Assembly (NCBI GenBank): GCA_030390025.1
Contig: CM059432.1
Location: 149,360,001-149,424,000 of the forward strand
Source: Squalus acanthias
Lineage: Eukaryota
Direction: 5' to 3'
DNA length: 64,000 nt
Shown: one piece after another, positions 1-11,590 of the stretch
How positions within the stretch are numbered: position 1 is the first letter of the stretch
Layout of the letters: every line of letters starts with the position of its first letter
Translations under genes and position numbers: made by a program
The notes under the pieces: generated by a model
What the model saw: the letters and a program-made list of their open reading frames with translations, nothing else
Databases searched by the model: none
What the model was told of the DNA's origin: nothing

Positions 1-1141
1 GCAGAGTCCGCTGCCCATCCCCCGGCCCGGCGTGTCTTTGTTCTCACTTCAACTGCTGGAACTCTGCTGCACCTTGACCTCCATCACTGGATTCCTCGCC
101 GACAGGACCTCGTTGACCACACGGTTTGACTCAGCGGCCGTGGCGCCGCTCTGCTTCTCGGTCACTTTAAGTCTTAAGCTGCGGAATTCTTTTGTCAAAT
201 TGGTTTCCGATCTCCTGGACTTCTCCAGACATCTCGACCACATTCCGACTTTGAACTACACTGGATTACACTACGTTTCTGCACTGGATTACACTGTAAG
301 TCTTACCTGCTGTGTCTCTATCTCTGAAAAGGTAAAAAGATTTTTACCTTTTAAACTTCCGGCTGTGTGTCTGCTGAACTGGTTCTACTGGTTTTTCAGC
401 TCTGCTGGCTTGTTGGTAGCAGCTCCACTTACTGTCCAGTGACTCATTCTACCGGTTTTCAGTTTTGCTGGTCACTGGTTTATGGTTTTACTTTTTCTGC
501 GCCGCTTTGGTCTACGGTGACCTCCAACTTGTGTCAATTTAGCCATCGTCTTTCTGCATCCCTACCGACTCTCATTCCTACAGCAACAACCTCCATCCTC
601 GAACTCTCCACCCTTCAAATAGCTTCTGGACTTCACTCGCCTGCTTTGGGCAGCGGTTCGTCGATGCTCCGTGCCGGCCCCATCCTGCTTGCATCGGCTT
701 GTCCCTCCATGGGACCTCTGACTTTGACCCTGGTCTCCCTACTATTGTCCCCAACCTGTTCCCTGCTACCAGGAAATCGGAATTCCATTAATTATTACAT
801 TTAAACAGGCTTCTGTAACCTGAGCTTTTCCCGTGTCCATTCGCGTGCGCACTTTGGCTGCCGCTCCAGACCCGAGCCATTCCACTTTTTCCCCCTCTTT
901 TCCTTTTCTCTCTATCCCTCCCTGACCGCATTCTCCTGTCGTCATGCCTCCTTTCATCTCTCCTCTCTCGGATACTCTCCCCTCCCAAATCCCTACCCCA
1001 CTCCTTCATTACTCTTCGATCTTCCTACTCTCCTGCCACCGTCCCAGGCTTGGCTCCCTCTTAGATAAGCCCACAGCTTCCCTCTGTGCCTCTCTTGGCA
1101 TCCTAGGAAGGGCCCATTGAGGCACTCGTCGCTGCCGCCTT

Positions 1142-4100
1142 ATGAGCAGCAACCCCAACTGTCCCATCCTACTCTCTCACCGACCTTCCCGCCCAGCGCA
1201 CCCACTGGGGGCAAATCTTGACAATCTCCTCCTCGTCCAACTCACCCCTCCCAGTGCTGACCCTGTGGACGTTGGCAGTGGATCAGCCATCACCGACCCT
1301 CTCCGCATCTCCCTCCAGAATGTCCGTTCACTTGCGAACACGGCCCTTGCCATCCATGAGCTTATCGTGGATGATTGCATCGACATCATGGCCCTGACGG
1401 AAACTTGGTTGAGGGGTGATGACACCCTACCCCTAAATTAAGCCACCCCGCCTGGCTATACCTTCCACCACTTGCCCCACTCAGACCACCGTGGTGGTGG
1501 TGTGGCTCTCCTCACCAAATCACACCTTGGTCTGTCCCCCTACTCCTCCGACAGTTTCTCCTCCTTTGAGCATCTCACCTTATTCCACCCCTCTCACCTC
1601 ATTTAAAATTCTTGTTCTCTACCGCCCACCCAAGTACCATAAAAATGTTATTACTGAGATATCTTCACTGTTCTCCTCCTTCAGCCTCTGCACCAAACGA
1701 CTTCCCATTCTTGGCCACCCCCTCGACCTTGCCATCTCTCGTGGCCTCGCTACTCCCATCGTGTTAATCGCAGATAAGGCCATCTCTGACCACTTCCTCG
1801 TATCGCTCTCCACCCACATCCCATCCCCGCCCTCCCCCCCCGCCCCCAACCCTACTTCCTTCTGTGTCCGCCCCTGGAAAAAACTTTCTCAACTCTCTCA
1901 CAACTGCACTTATGAAATCCCAACTGTCCAGCCTCTGGCCCTCCATTCACCACGACATTTCTGCAGCTACCGATCTGCTCAACCGCACCCTCACCACCAC
2001 CTTTGATGCCCTAGTCCCTATTAAAACAATTACCCTCTCTCACCCTGGCCGTTCCCCCTGGTACGGCCCTCATCTTCGCTCCCTTAAGTCCAAGGGACGC
2101 AGACTCGAACGGATATGGCGGACAACTGGTTTAGCCATTCACCGCCAGATCTGGCTGGACCACATAAAGCATTATCGGGCCCTGCTCTCGTCTGCCAAAA
2201 TTGCTCACTATTCCAGAATCATTCTGGAATGCAAAGATAAACCCCGGTTCCTATTCTCCACTGCTAACCGTCTTCTTAAACCCCTCTCCCCGTCTCCTCC
2301 ACCCTCGCCTCCGACAACAAGTGTGAGGAGCTCATGGACTTCTTTGTCTCTAAGTTTGAGACCATCTGTTCAGCTGCCTCTGCCACTTCCCTTCCTTCCC
2401 CTAGCCCACTGGGCCAAACTTTCTCCAAGGTTCCCCCTGCCCTACCCCTGAACTCACATCTTTCTCCAGTTTCTCTCCAATCTCCCCTCATGACCTCTCC
2501 GCGCTCATCTTGTCCATGAGACCCACCTCCTGCTCCCTCGACCCTATTCCCACCAATCTGCTGACCACCCAACTTCCTTTTCTGGCTCCCATGTTAGCTG
2601 ATATTGTTAATGGTTCTCTCTCCTCAGGTACTGTCCCCCCTCTCCCTCAAATCTGCCGTCATCACCCCTCTCCTCAGAAAGCCAAACCTTGACCCCTCCG
2701 TCCTTGCAAACTACTGCCCCATCTTCAACCTCCCTATCCTCTCCCAAGACCTTGAACGTGTTGTTGCCTCCCAAATCCGTGCCCATCTTTCCCGTAATTC
2801 CATGTTTGAATCCCTCCAATCAGGTTTCCGCTCTTGCCACAGTACCGAAACGGCTCTCATCAAAGTCACAAATGACATCCTTTGTGACTGTGACAAAGGT
2901 AAACTATCCCCCCTCGTCCTTCTTGACTTCTCTGCAACCTTTGACACGGTTGACCACTCCATCCTCCTCCAACACCTCCCCACTGTCGCCCAGCTGGGTG
3001 GGACTGCACTCGCCTGGATCCAGTCTTACCTCTCTAATCGTAGCCAGAGAATCACCTGCAACGGCTTCTCTTCCCGCATCGTTACCTCTGGTGTCCTCCA
3101 AGGATCTATCCTTGGCCCCCTCCTAGTTCTCATCTAAATGTTGCCCCTTGGCGACATCATCCGAAAACACAGCGTCAGTTTCCACATGTACGCTGACGAC
3201 TCCCAGCTCTACCTCACTACCTCTTCTCTCGACCCCTCCACAGTCTCTAAATTGTCAGACTGCTTGTCCGACATACAGTTCTGGATGAGCAAAAAATTTC
3301 TCCAATTAAATATTGGGAAAACCGAAGCCATTGTTTTCGGTCCCCGCCACAAACTCCGTTCCTTAGCCACTGACTCCATCCCTCTCCCTAGCATCTGTCT
3401 GAGGCTGAACCACACAGTTCGCAACCTTAGTGTCATATTTGACCCTGAAATGAACTTCCGACCACATAATCCGCAGCCTAACAAAGACCGTCTACTTCCA
3501 CCTCCGTAACATCGCCCGTCTCCGCCCCTGCCTCAGCTCATCCGCTGCTGAAACCCTCATCCATGCCTTTGTTACCTCTAGACTTGACTATTCCAACGCT
3601 CTCCTGGCTGGCCTCCCACATTCCACCCTACGTAAACTTGAGTTCATCCAAAACTCAGCTGCCCGTGTCCTAACTCATACCAAGTCCTGTTTACCCATCA
3701 CCCCTGTGCTCGCTAACCTACATTGGCTCCCGGTTAAGCAGCGCCTCGATTTCAAAATTCTCATCCTTGTTTTCAAATCCCTCCATGGCCTCGCCCCTCC
3801 CTATCTCTGTAATCTCCTTCAGCCCCACAACCCCCCGAGATATCTGCGCTCCTCTAATTCTGCCCTCTTGAGCATCCCTGATTATAATCGCTCAACATTT
3901 GGTGGCCGTGCCTTCTGTTGCCTCGGCCCCAAGCTCTGGAATTCCCTGCCTAAACCTCTTCCCCTCGCTACCTCTCTTTCCTCCTTTAAGACGCTCCTTA
4001 AAACCTACCTCTTTGACCAAGCTTTTGGTCATCAGGCCGAATTTATCCTTATGTGGATCGGTGTCAAATTTTGTTTGATATTCGCTCCTGTGAAGCGCCT

Positions 4101-4148
4101 TGGGACATTTTACTATAAAGGCGCTATATAAATACAAGCTATTGTTGC
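1142..4148 (+). mobile_element. Degenerate L2-clade LINE, ORF2 (APE endonuclease + reverse transcriptase) with 3' tail
   Basis: Broken frames give EN motifs QNVRSL, LTETWL, LYRPPK and RT motifs QSGFR..HSTETAL, FDTVDH, QGSILGP, YADDSQLY, then LHWLPVKQRLDFKIL..FKTLLKTYLF and the tail gcgctatataaatacaag. Stops and frameshifts are present. The 5' boundary is uncertain and may extend toward position 1. Confidence 0.92.
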
Positions 4149-5059
4149 TGTCTAATTAATTTCCTCCTTTGAAATAACATGGCCTGTATGCCAGTGTTCA
4201 ACACTCGTCGAAGTACCAGTGTAATTAAACCACAACAGACCAGGAAAGATTGAAATGAGTTGTTAAAATGGCAGTTAATTTATTGGAACGTTGTTTGTGC
4301 TACAAACAAAAACAAAATAGAAACCCATATCGCAGCAATGGCTGCAATCCAACTGCATATGTAGAATTTTGCAGTCAGTCGGCTATTAGCAAGTTCGACA
4401 CATTCTTTAATTAAACTTCACTCTAAGTTTCAGCATCTTGTATGAACTACTTACCAAGCAGTGATCGCTAAAATCTGCAGAAGCCAGTTTTAATGCCACA
4501 TTTAGCTGGGAATGGTCGGACACTGAAGCCATCAGCCGACACTGGTTTATTGGAAGGCAGACTTTGTCAGCTTTGAAAGGGCTTCGAGAAGACCGCTGTT
4601 AATGACCACTGATAGGTCAGTAGGCTGGTCGCAGATGTTTACGGCAAATATGGTTGCCAACAGATGTATTGCTCTGGTCGCGATGTGCAATGACATTGTA
4701 AATGCCGTCAAAGATTTCCTCTGGCAGGCATTTAAGCAAAATTGCAAATGCAAAAGAACTTGTTTTGTGATTTCACTAATAATATCAGTCGCCGTATTTT
4801 TTTCGTGCATGTGCCAATCGAGGTTTTTTTCCCCCCCAAAATCCTGAAGTTTAGGCGTTTCATCGTGAGATCACGCGTGATTCACTCTGAAATCACAGGT
4901 CTCGCAATGGATTCGTGAGAGTTGGCAACACTGCTCGCAGGACAGACTGGGCCCTAATTTAGTGTCGGTGTAAAAGCCAAACAACACTTTGCATCAACTC
5001 TAAACTTATCGTGGAATTATGCCCAAAGTTATTCAGAAAGAGGATGACATTTTGGAGAT

Positions 5060-5540
5060 CATTGACGGCTGTGGCTTCAACTGCCATGACCCGAAGCTCT
5101 GGAATTCACTCACTAAACCTCTCTCCTCCTTTTAAGATGCTCCTTAAAACCTAAATTCAGAAGAAACTTCTTTACCCAGAGAGTGGTGAGAATGTGGAAC
5201 TCACTACCACAGGGAGTGGTTGAAGCGAATAGCGTCGATGCATTGAAGGAGAGGCTGGACAAGCATATGAGGGAGAAAGGAATAGAGGGTTATGCTGATA
5301 GATTTAGATGAGGAAAGATGGGAGGAGGCTCGAGTGGAGCATAAACGCCGGCATGGACTGGTTGGGCAGAATGGCCTGTTTCTGTGCCGTATATCCTATG
5401 TGCCTCTTGACCAAGCACCTGCCCTAATATTTCCTTAGGTGACTCCGGTGTCAAGTTTAGTCTGAAAACGCTCCTGTGAAGCACATTGGGATGTTTTGCT
5501 CAGTTAAAGGCGCAGTGTAAATGCAGGTGGTTGTTGTTGT
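5060..5540 (+). mobile_element. L2 3' fragment interrupted by a CR1/HER1 3' fragment (about 5155-5400)
   Basis: The L2 tail (aagctctggaattc...cttaaaacct / ctcttgaccaagc...ctcctgtgaagc) is split by the CR1 tail ttctttacccagagagtggtgagaatgtggaactc...cctgtttctgtgccgtatatcctatg. Confidence 0.75.
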
Positions 5541-5769
5541 TGTGATGGGCCACTGGAAATGTTTCTCTCTCCTTCGGGTGAATGCACAGTTTCACATTTT
5601 GTTTCCTGCCTGGGAGGGAGAGGAACGGTGTGGTTTTAACATAACTGGCTGACGTGATGACGATCTTCCCCCTGAGGTCAGCAAGCAGCTTTGCTGAAGC
5701 CTGTTCTTCACCAGCCGGCTGAGCAGCGTTTTACTGGTGAGCTTTCACAGGCTGTCTGGCTGCAGGATT

Positions 5770-5782
5770 GGAAAGTGAAACC
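5770..5782 (+). promoter_or_regulatory. Consensus ISRE / IRF-binding element in the putative TRANK1 promoter
   Basis: GGAAAGTGAAACC matches GAAANNGAAA. Nearby are IRF half-sites (agtttcac 5588, aatcgaaact about 5936), CRE-like TGACGTGA/TGACGA (5650-5663), GC boxes and a strong donor CAG|GTAAGA at 6131/6132. Confidence 0.6.
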
Positions 5783-5825
5783 TTGCAGCAAGTTCTGAGT
5801 TTCCACATTGAACACAGCGACTGCA

Positions 5826-5913
5826 GGGCAGGGGAGGCTGGCGGGGCGGGGGAGGCTGGCTGTGGGGCGGGGGAGGCTGGCTGTGGGGCGGGGGAGGCTG
5901 GCTGTGGGGCGGG
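5826..5913. repeat. 21-bp GC-rich tandem repeat (gggggaggctggctgtggggc), about 4 copies, with Sp1-like GGGGCGGGG boxes
   Basis: Direct reading of the sequence. Confidence 0.85.
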
Positions 5914-6255
5914 GTCTTTGTTTTTCTTTTGTTTAAATCGAAACTTCCACGTGTGGTTTGTTTATGTTGGACTTTGTTTTTAAGTTTTGTTTTCCTGGGA
6001 ATGACGTGGCTGCAGAGGCTGGGCTGGGGCTGGGTAGCAGAGGCTGGGTCTGGAGCAGAGACAGTAGAGGCTGGGTCTGGAGCAGAGACAGTAGAGGCTG
6101 GAGCAGAGACAGCAGTGAGCAGCCCCAGCAGGTAAGAGGAGGCTTTGGGCAGGTGTCAAACCCTCCGACTGGCCCCCACAGCGGCTCCTCTCTGAAGCCT
6201 GCCAGCTGCGAGTGCTCGGGCTCTCTTGTTGCCACTGGTCGATGTTGCAGAGTGT

Positions 6256-7190
6256 CCTCCCTCCCCTCTCCCTCTCTCTCTGCCCCCCTCTCTCCCTCTC
6301 TCTCTGCCCCCCTCTCTCCTCTCTCTCTGCCCCCTCTCTCCCTCTCTCTCTGCCCCCCTCTCTCCCTCTCTCTCTGCCCCCCTCTCTCCCTCTCTCTCTG
6401 CCCCCCTCTCTGCCCCTCTCTCTCTGCCCCCCTCTCTCCCTCTCTCTCTGCCCCCCTCTCTCTCTGCCCCCCCTCTCTGCCCCCTCTCTCTCTGTCCCCC
6501 TCTCTCCCTCTCTCTCTGCCCCCCTCTCTCCCCTCTCTCTCTGCCCCCCTCTCTCTCCCTCTCTCTCTGCCTCTCTCTCTGCCCCCTCTCTCTGCCCCCT
6601 CTCTCTCTGCCCCCCTCTCTCTCTGCCCCCTCTCTCTCTGCCCCCTCTCTCTCTGCCCCCTCTCTCTCTGCCCCCTCTCTCTCTGCCCCCTCTCTCTCTG
6701 CCCCCTCTCTCTCTGCCCCCTCTCTCTCTGCCCCCTCTCTCTCTGCCCCCTCTCTCTCTGCCCCCTCTCTCTCTGCCCCCTCTCTCTCTGCCCCCCTCTC
6801 TCTCTGCCCCCCTCTCTCTCTGCCCCCCTCTCTCTCTGCCCCCTCTCTCTCTGCCCCCTCTCTCTCTGCCCCCCTCTCTCTCTGCCCCCTCTCTCTCTGC
6901 CCCCTCTCTCTCTGCCCCCTCTCTCTCTGCCCCCTCTCTCTCTGCCCCCTCTCTCTCTGCCCCCTCTCTCTCTGCCCCCTCTCTCTCTGCCCCTCTCTCT
7001 CTGCCCCCTCTCTCTCTGCCCCCTCTCTCTCTGCCCCCTCTCTCTCTGCCCCCTCTCTCTCTGCCCCCTCTCTCTCTGCCCCTCTCTCTCTGCCCCCCTC
7101 TCTGCCCCCTCTCTCTCTGCCCCCTCTCTCTCTGCCCCCTCTGTCTCTGCCCCCCTCTCTGCCCCCTCTGTCTCTCCCTCTGTCCCTGCC
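6256..7190. repeat. Pyrimidine-rich minisatellite (ctctctctgcccc)n
   Basis: About 930 bp of C/T with a single G per unit of about 15 nt. It produces the spurious low-complexity ORFs in this interval. Confidence 0.97.
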
Positions 7191-7546
7191 TCTCCAGCCC
7201 CACCCCCGAGCCCAGCACTTTAAACCAACTTCCGCCGCCACTTTGCAAAAACGGCGGTGCTCAGTTTCCTGGCCAGTTGCTGGTTTTCTTTTGGTGCCCC
7301 GGTTTTTTTCCGTCGTTGTTGCCCTGTTTGGCGGGGGGGGCGGGGGCGGAGGTGGGGGCCACATTCATCAAATCCATGCACCCAGTAGTAAGACTGGGAA
7401 CTTGCTGAGGATGGGTGCCAGGATTTATTACCCTTTTCCCCAGCGGATATTCTGGGATTTGTAAGTCTTTAACCGGTGTGTGGTTTCGTGCCCCCGAGCT
7501 GACCCCTGGGCCGTATAAAGTTGGCTTTTTAAAAAAATATCTCCAG

Positions 7547-7752
7547 CTGCTGATGCCAACTGATGTCGGTGTTCTGATTTAGGGTTTTATCCACCAGTGA
7601 ACCAGCGCTGCTAAGAACAGCCCTTTTCAAACCTGCAGGCCCAGGAAATTCAAACCAGACAAGCCAGCGAATAAGAAATAAAAGGGCCAAAGTCCTGGGC
7701 TTGGAGAGCTCCGACGGCATGTGGTCTTCGGACTGCAGGTTCCAGAATGCAG
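7547..7752 (+). other. TRANK1: Candidate upstream TRANK1 exon ending ATG CAG|gtaatt
   Basis: Acceptor ctccag| at 7546 and donor CAG|GTAATT at 7752/7753. ATG-CAG would join in phase 0 to AGA ATG GAG at 15578, giving MQRMEL. No homology support. Confidence 0.3.
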
Positions 7753-8002
7753 GTAATTCATTATCATTTTTTTTTTTAGTGTAAATATTTCTGCAACCGT
7801 TTCTTTAAAAACGTCAGTGGGTTGTCATGTTTGAGCGGATGATGCCCTGTCTCCAAACTGAATCAGGTGGAAGGTGGCGGCTGATTATGGGCAGATTGTC
7901 TGTTGGTCGATGGCAGTTTCTTGATGCACGTAGTGCAAGTTTGGCAAAGAGACGAGAATCTGGAAACTGATTGTGATGCCAGGCTTGGCTTTTAAAAGCC
8001 TG

Positions 8003-8899
8003 AAGACTGTTTGGGGGCGGGGGCGGGGGCGGGGAAGATTGTTTGGGGGCGGGGCGGGGGCGGGCGGGGAAGATTGTTTGGGGGTGGGGCGGGGGCGGGG
8101 AAGATTGTTTGGGGGTGGGGCGGGGGCGGGGGTGGGGAAGATTGTTTGGGGGTGGGGCGGGGGCGGGGAAGATTGTTTGGGGGCGGGGCGGGGGCGGGGG
8201 TGGGGAAGATTGTTTGGGGGTGGGGCGGGGGCGGGAAGATTGTTTGGGGGCGGGGCGGGGGCGGGGCGGGGAAGATTGTTTGGGGTGGGCGGGGCGGGGG
8301 CGGGGCGGGGAAGATTGTTTGGGGGTGGGGCGGGGGCGGGGGTGGGGAAGATTGTTTGGGGGTGGGGCGGGGGCGGGGAAGATTGTTTGGGGGCGGGGCG
8401 GGGGCGGGGGTGGGGAAGATTGTTTGGGGGTGGGGCGGGGGCGGGGAAGATTGTTTGGGGGCGGGGCGGGGGCGGGGCGGGGAAGATTGTTTGGGGGTGG
8501 GGCGGGGCGGGGGCGGGGAAGATTGTTTGGGGGTGGGGCGGGGCGGGGCGGGGAAGATTGTTTGGGGGCGGGGCGGGGAAGATTGTTTGGGGGCGGGGCG
8601 GGGCGGGGGCGGGGCGGGGAAGATTGTTTGGGGGCGGGCGGGGAAGATTGTTTGGGGGCGGGGCGGGGGCGGGGCGGGGAAGATTGTTTGGGGGTGGGGC
8701 GGGGCGGGGGCGGGGAAGATTGTTTGGGGGCGGGGCGGGGAAGATTGTTTGGGGGCGGGGCGGGGGCGGGGAAGATTGTTTGGGGGTGGGGCGGGGGCGG
8801 GGAAGATTGTTTGGGGCGGGGCGGGGGCGGGGAAGATTGTTTGGGGGTGGGGCGGGGCGGGGGCGGGGAAGATTGTTTGGGGGTGGGGCGGGGGCGGGG
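8003..8899. repeat. G-rich minisatellite GAAGATTGTTT-GGGGG(C/T)GGGGC(G)n, about 30 variable-length units
   Basis: Constant gaagattgttt core separated by 2-5 G-tracts. Confidence 0.97.
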
Positions 8900-9154
8900 A
8901 ATTTCGGAGTTCCACAGTTTCGAAGTCCTGGGAGAGAAGTTGGAGGTGGAGACGATGGGCTGCACTTTGATTTCAACCCAGCAGAAAGGAAGGGAGGAGA
9001 AAGCAGGCAGGTCGCATGGTGCATTTAAAGGTTCCTTCAAGCTTCAACGGGAGCACTGGCCACAGCAGGGAAGAAAGGTTGCAATGGGGAGAGGTTGGAT
9101 ACTGGAGGTTGTTGACTAATTTGTTACACCTGGTCTTTAAAGTATATACTTATA

Positions 9155-9567
9155 CAGGAAACTCTTTATTAACCGGCACCGACGGGACCGGCGTGGTGCC
9201 GGTTTATCGAAAGTACCGGATAATGGAGAGTTATATCTACCGAGGCTATTTTTAACAAGAGACTCCAGGCAGCGCGGGAGAATCAACTCCTGCTACTGCA
9301 GTGTTTCGGACTTCCGACAGCGCCAGGAGGCCGAGTAGTGGCACTTTTGAAAACTACCCCTACTGACTAAATCGGCGTTCTCGGACTCGGGATCGGCAAC
9401 ATTGCCGGTTATTTGAGAGGAGTTTTCGGAGTACTCGGCGTTCGCGGAGACTCGACTGCAACTCGGCAACATTGCCGGTTATTTGAGAGGAGTTTTCGGA
9501 GGATGATTTTTGCCGGTTAAGCGAGAATTCCGGATATTTGGGTGCCGGAATAAACAAAAGTTTCCTG
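9155..9567. mobile_element. Non-autonomous Tc1/mariner (pogo/Tigger-like) MITE
   Basis: TA|CAGGAAACTCTTTATT..CCGGCACC ... GGTGCCGGAATAAACAAAAGTTTCCTG|TA shows terminal inverted repeats with a TA duplication. A second copy lies at 40983-41465. Confidence 0.85.
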
Positions 9568-11311
9568 TAATTGGGTTCTGAACTCTCAAGGTACTCCACA
9601 ACACAGTCCTCTTTTAATAAGCTTTATTGGTAAGTCAAAGATTCAACAGTGAAACAGACTGTAAAGTCCTGTAAACAAGCTATTTTCAATAGACCAAAAA
9701 AAAAATCATACCTTACTGATTCGCCAACTTACTCTCTCAGAACCTGTCATGATTCTGAAAACCTCCATGAGATCCCTCCCCTTAAACTTTTATGTTTAAC
9801 TAAAAAAAAAGCCCACATTTTTTTGAGCTTCAGACTAACAAAAATACCAGCTGCAGTGGACAGAATTTTTATGAGATGGCAAATAGCCAACAGAGAATAT
9901 CACGGGTAGTGAGCGATCTAACGGGACAAGTGACGGCATAACATTTTACCAAATGAAACCACAGACTTGTTGGGTGACCAAATTGTGATTTTTTTTGTCA
10001 TATGTGGACCAATTGTTTTGTTAGCAAAATAAGCATCGATTAATGTTCTTGATGAATGCTGTAGTGGTCGGCTTCAAAATGTAGAGGAATTTATTCCTCA
10101 GAAAAATTCAGTTAAAGAGTCGCCTATCGTATCTGAGGCCGGTTCTCATAAGTTAGCCATGTTCACTGTGACCGTGGCAAGTTTCTGTTGTTGATCTTCA
10201 GGCCTTGTCTGTAACTTGCACAGTACCGCCACTGGAATCTCAGCAAAGTGTGATGCTGTAGCGACCTTTGCTCATTAGGATTTCTATAAACAGTAAGGGT
10301 GAGCTCGTTATTATCCCAGCAGATTTCCCCTGTGGCATTGCTCACTGTGTGTCCAGAGGATACACCAAACTGCAACAGGAAATAAGTAGGGTGTTTACAT
10401 GAAGTGCACACTCGATGCAAGACTTTTAATATGTGACGAGACGATCTAGCCTGGAATTGCGCACAGAGTCAAGACCAAATGTTGGTTTAGGTGTGGCAGT
10501 GGGGGATTGGTTCAATTGGACCAGGGCACGTAGATGTAATTCAATCCCCGCTTTTAGTTTATACATTCCTTATTTTTATATTTTCATTGTACATTCATAG
10601 ATCTACATTTATAATGGAAATTGCTATGTAAATTAGCCACGCTGTAATTATAACTTTTCTCCAGTGGCAGTGCTGCATCACCTCCAGTGGCAGGAGGATG
10701 CAATTACATTGTGACAAGTTTACATTCTAAATGTGGACATCGGAATCTATCATGCATGCAAATATGATTTTTAACACATTACATAGATGTTCACTTAAAC
10801 TGTTGAAAAATACCTCGCATTACAATTAAAAAGCGACTTTGCTTGCCCAAGCTTGGTTTGTGTTTGGAGAGCATATTTTTAAGTTGATGATGTTAGACTG
10901 TCTTGTGATAGATCCTTTTTATAGCTCTTAAATAATAGATGCAATGAAACACTCCACGACGTAAGGGCCCGGACACTTGCAGTCCTGATGACAGCGAACT
11001 GGCAGCATCCACCGTCATTTCGCCTTTGAAACTGACGGCAACTTCAGGATGTAGCGCAGGCGCAGCCTAACGCAGAAATCCTGAAGTTGCGGTCTGTCAT
11101 TCACGGCTCCGACACAGGCTGCGCTGTGCCCCGCCACTGCACCCCCCACCCCCCCCACAAAAGAGCCTGCAATCAGTGTAATCACTGATCTGACTTAAAC
11201 TCCCCCTTTTCCGAACAAATATCGCTGTTAGAAACCCCGTAAAATGTTGACCCATTCAAATGAGGTGTAACTGGATTTTTAACGGCGATCTGAGTAACAA
11301 CAACAACAACT

Positions 11312-11590
11312 GCCGTTTCAAAACTGAGATGAGGAGAAACGTCTTCACTCAGAGGGTAGTAAATCTATGGAATTTGCTACCTCAGAGAGCTGTGAAAGCT
11401 GCGACATTAAATAAATTTAAAACGGAGATAGACAGTTTCCTAGCTGATAAGGGAATTAAGGGTTATGGGGAGTGGGCAGGGAAGTGGACGTGAGTCTAGG
11501 TTCGGATCAGCCATGATCCTATTGAATGGCGGAGCAGGCCCGAAGGGTCGTATGGCCGACTCCTGCTCCTACTTCTTATGTTCTTATGTA
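11312..11590 (+). mobile_element. CR1/HER1 LINE 3' fragment
   Basis: FKTEMRRNVFTQRVVNLWN..FKTEIDSFL and tail ctcctgctcctacttcttatgttcttatg. Confidence 0.85.

Noticed and set aside
32..1009. Short ORFs at the window start as host exons
   Set aside because: No recognisable domain or consistent splice pattern. They may be the 5' region of the L2 element.
1142..4148. Active L2 retrotransposon
   Set aside because: Multiple stops and frameshifts and loss of the endonuclease GDFN block.
4192..4933. hAT-like element with CAGTGTT termini
   Set aside because: The inverted ends match only partially and no 8-bp TSD is visible, so it is too weak to call.
5958..7464. Five overlapping ORFs of about 400 aa
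   Set aside because: They are translations of the (ctctctctgcccc)n array, with low complexity and no domain signal.
8003..8899. Constant repeat with variable spacers, and 300-400 aa Gly/Arg- or Pro-rich ORFs
   Set aside because: The spacers are only G-tract length variants, and the ORFs are open in all frames because the repeat lacks stops.
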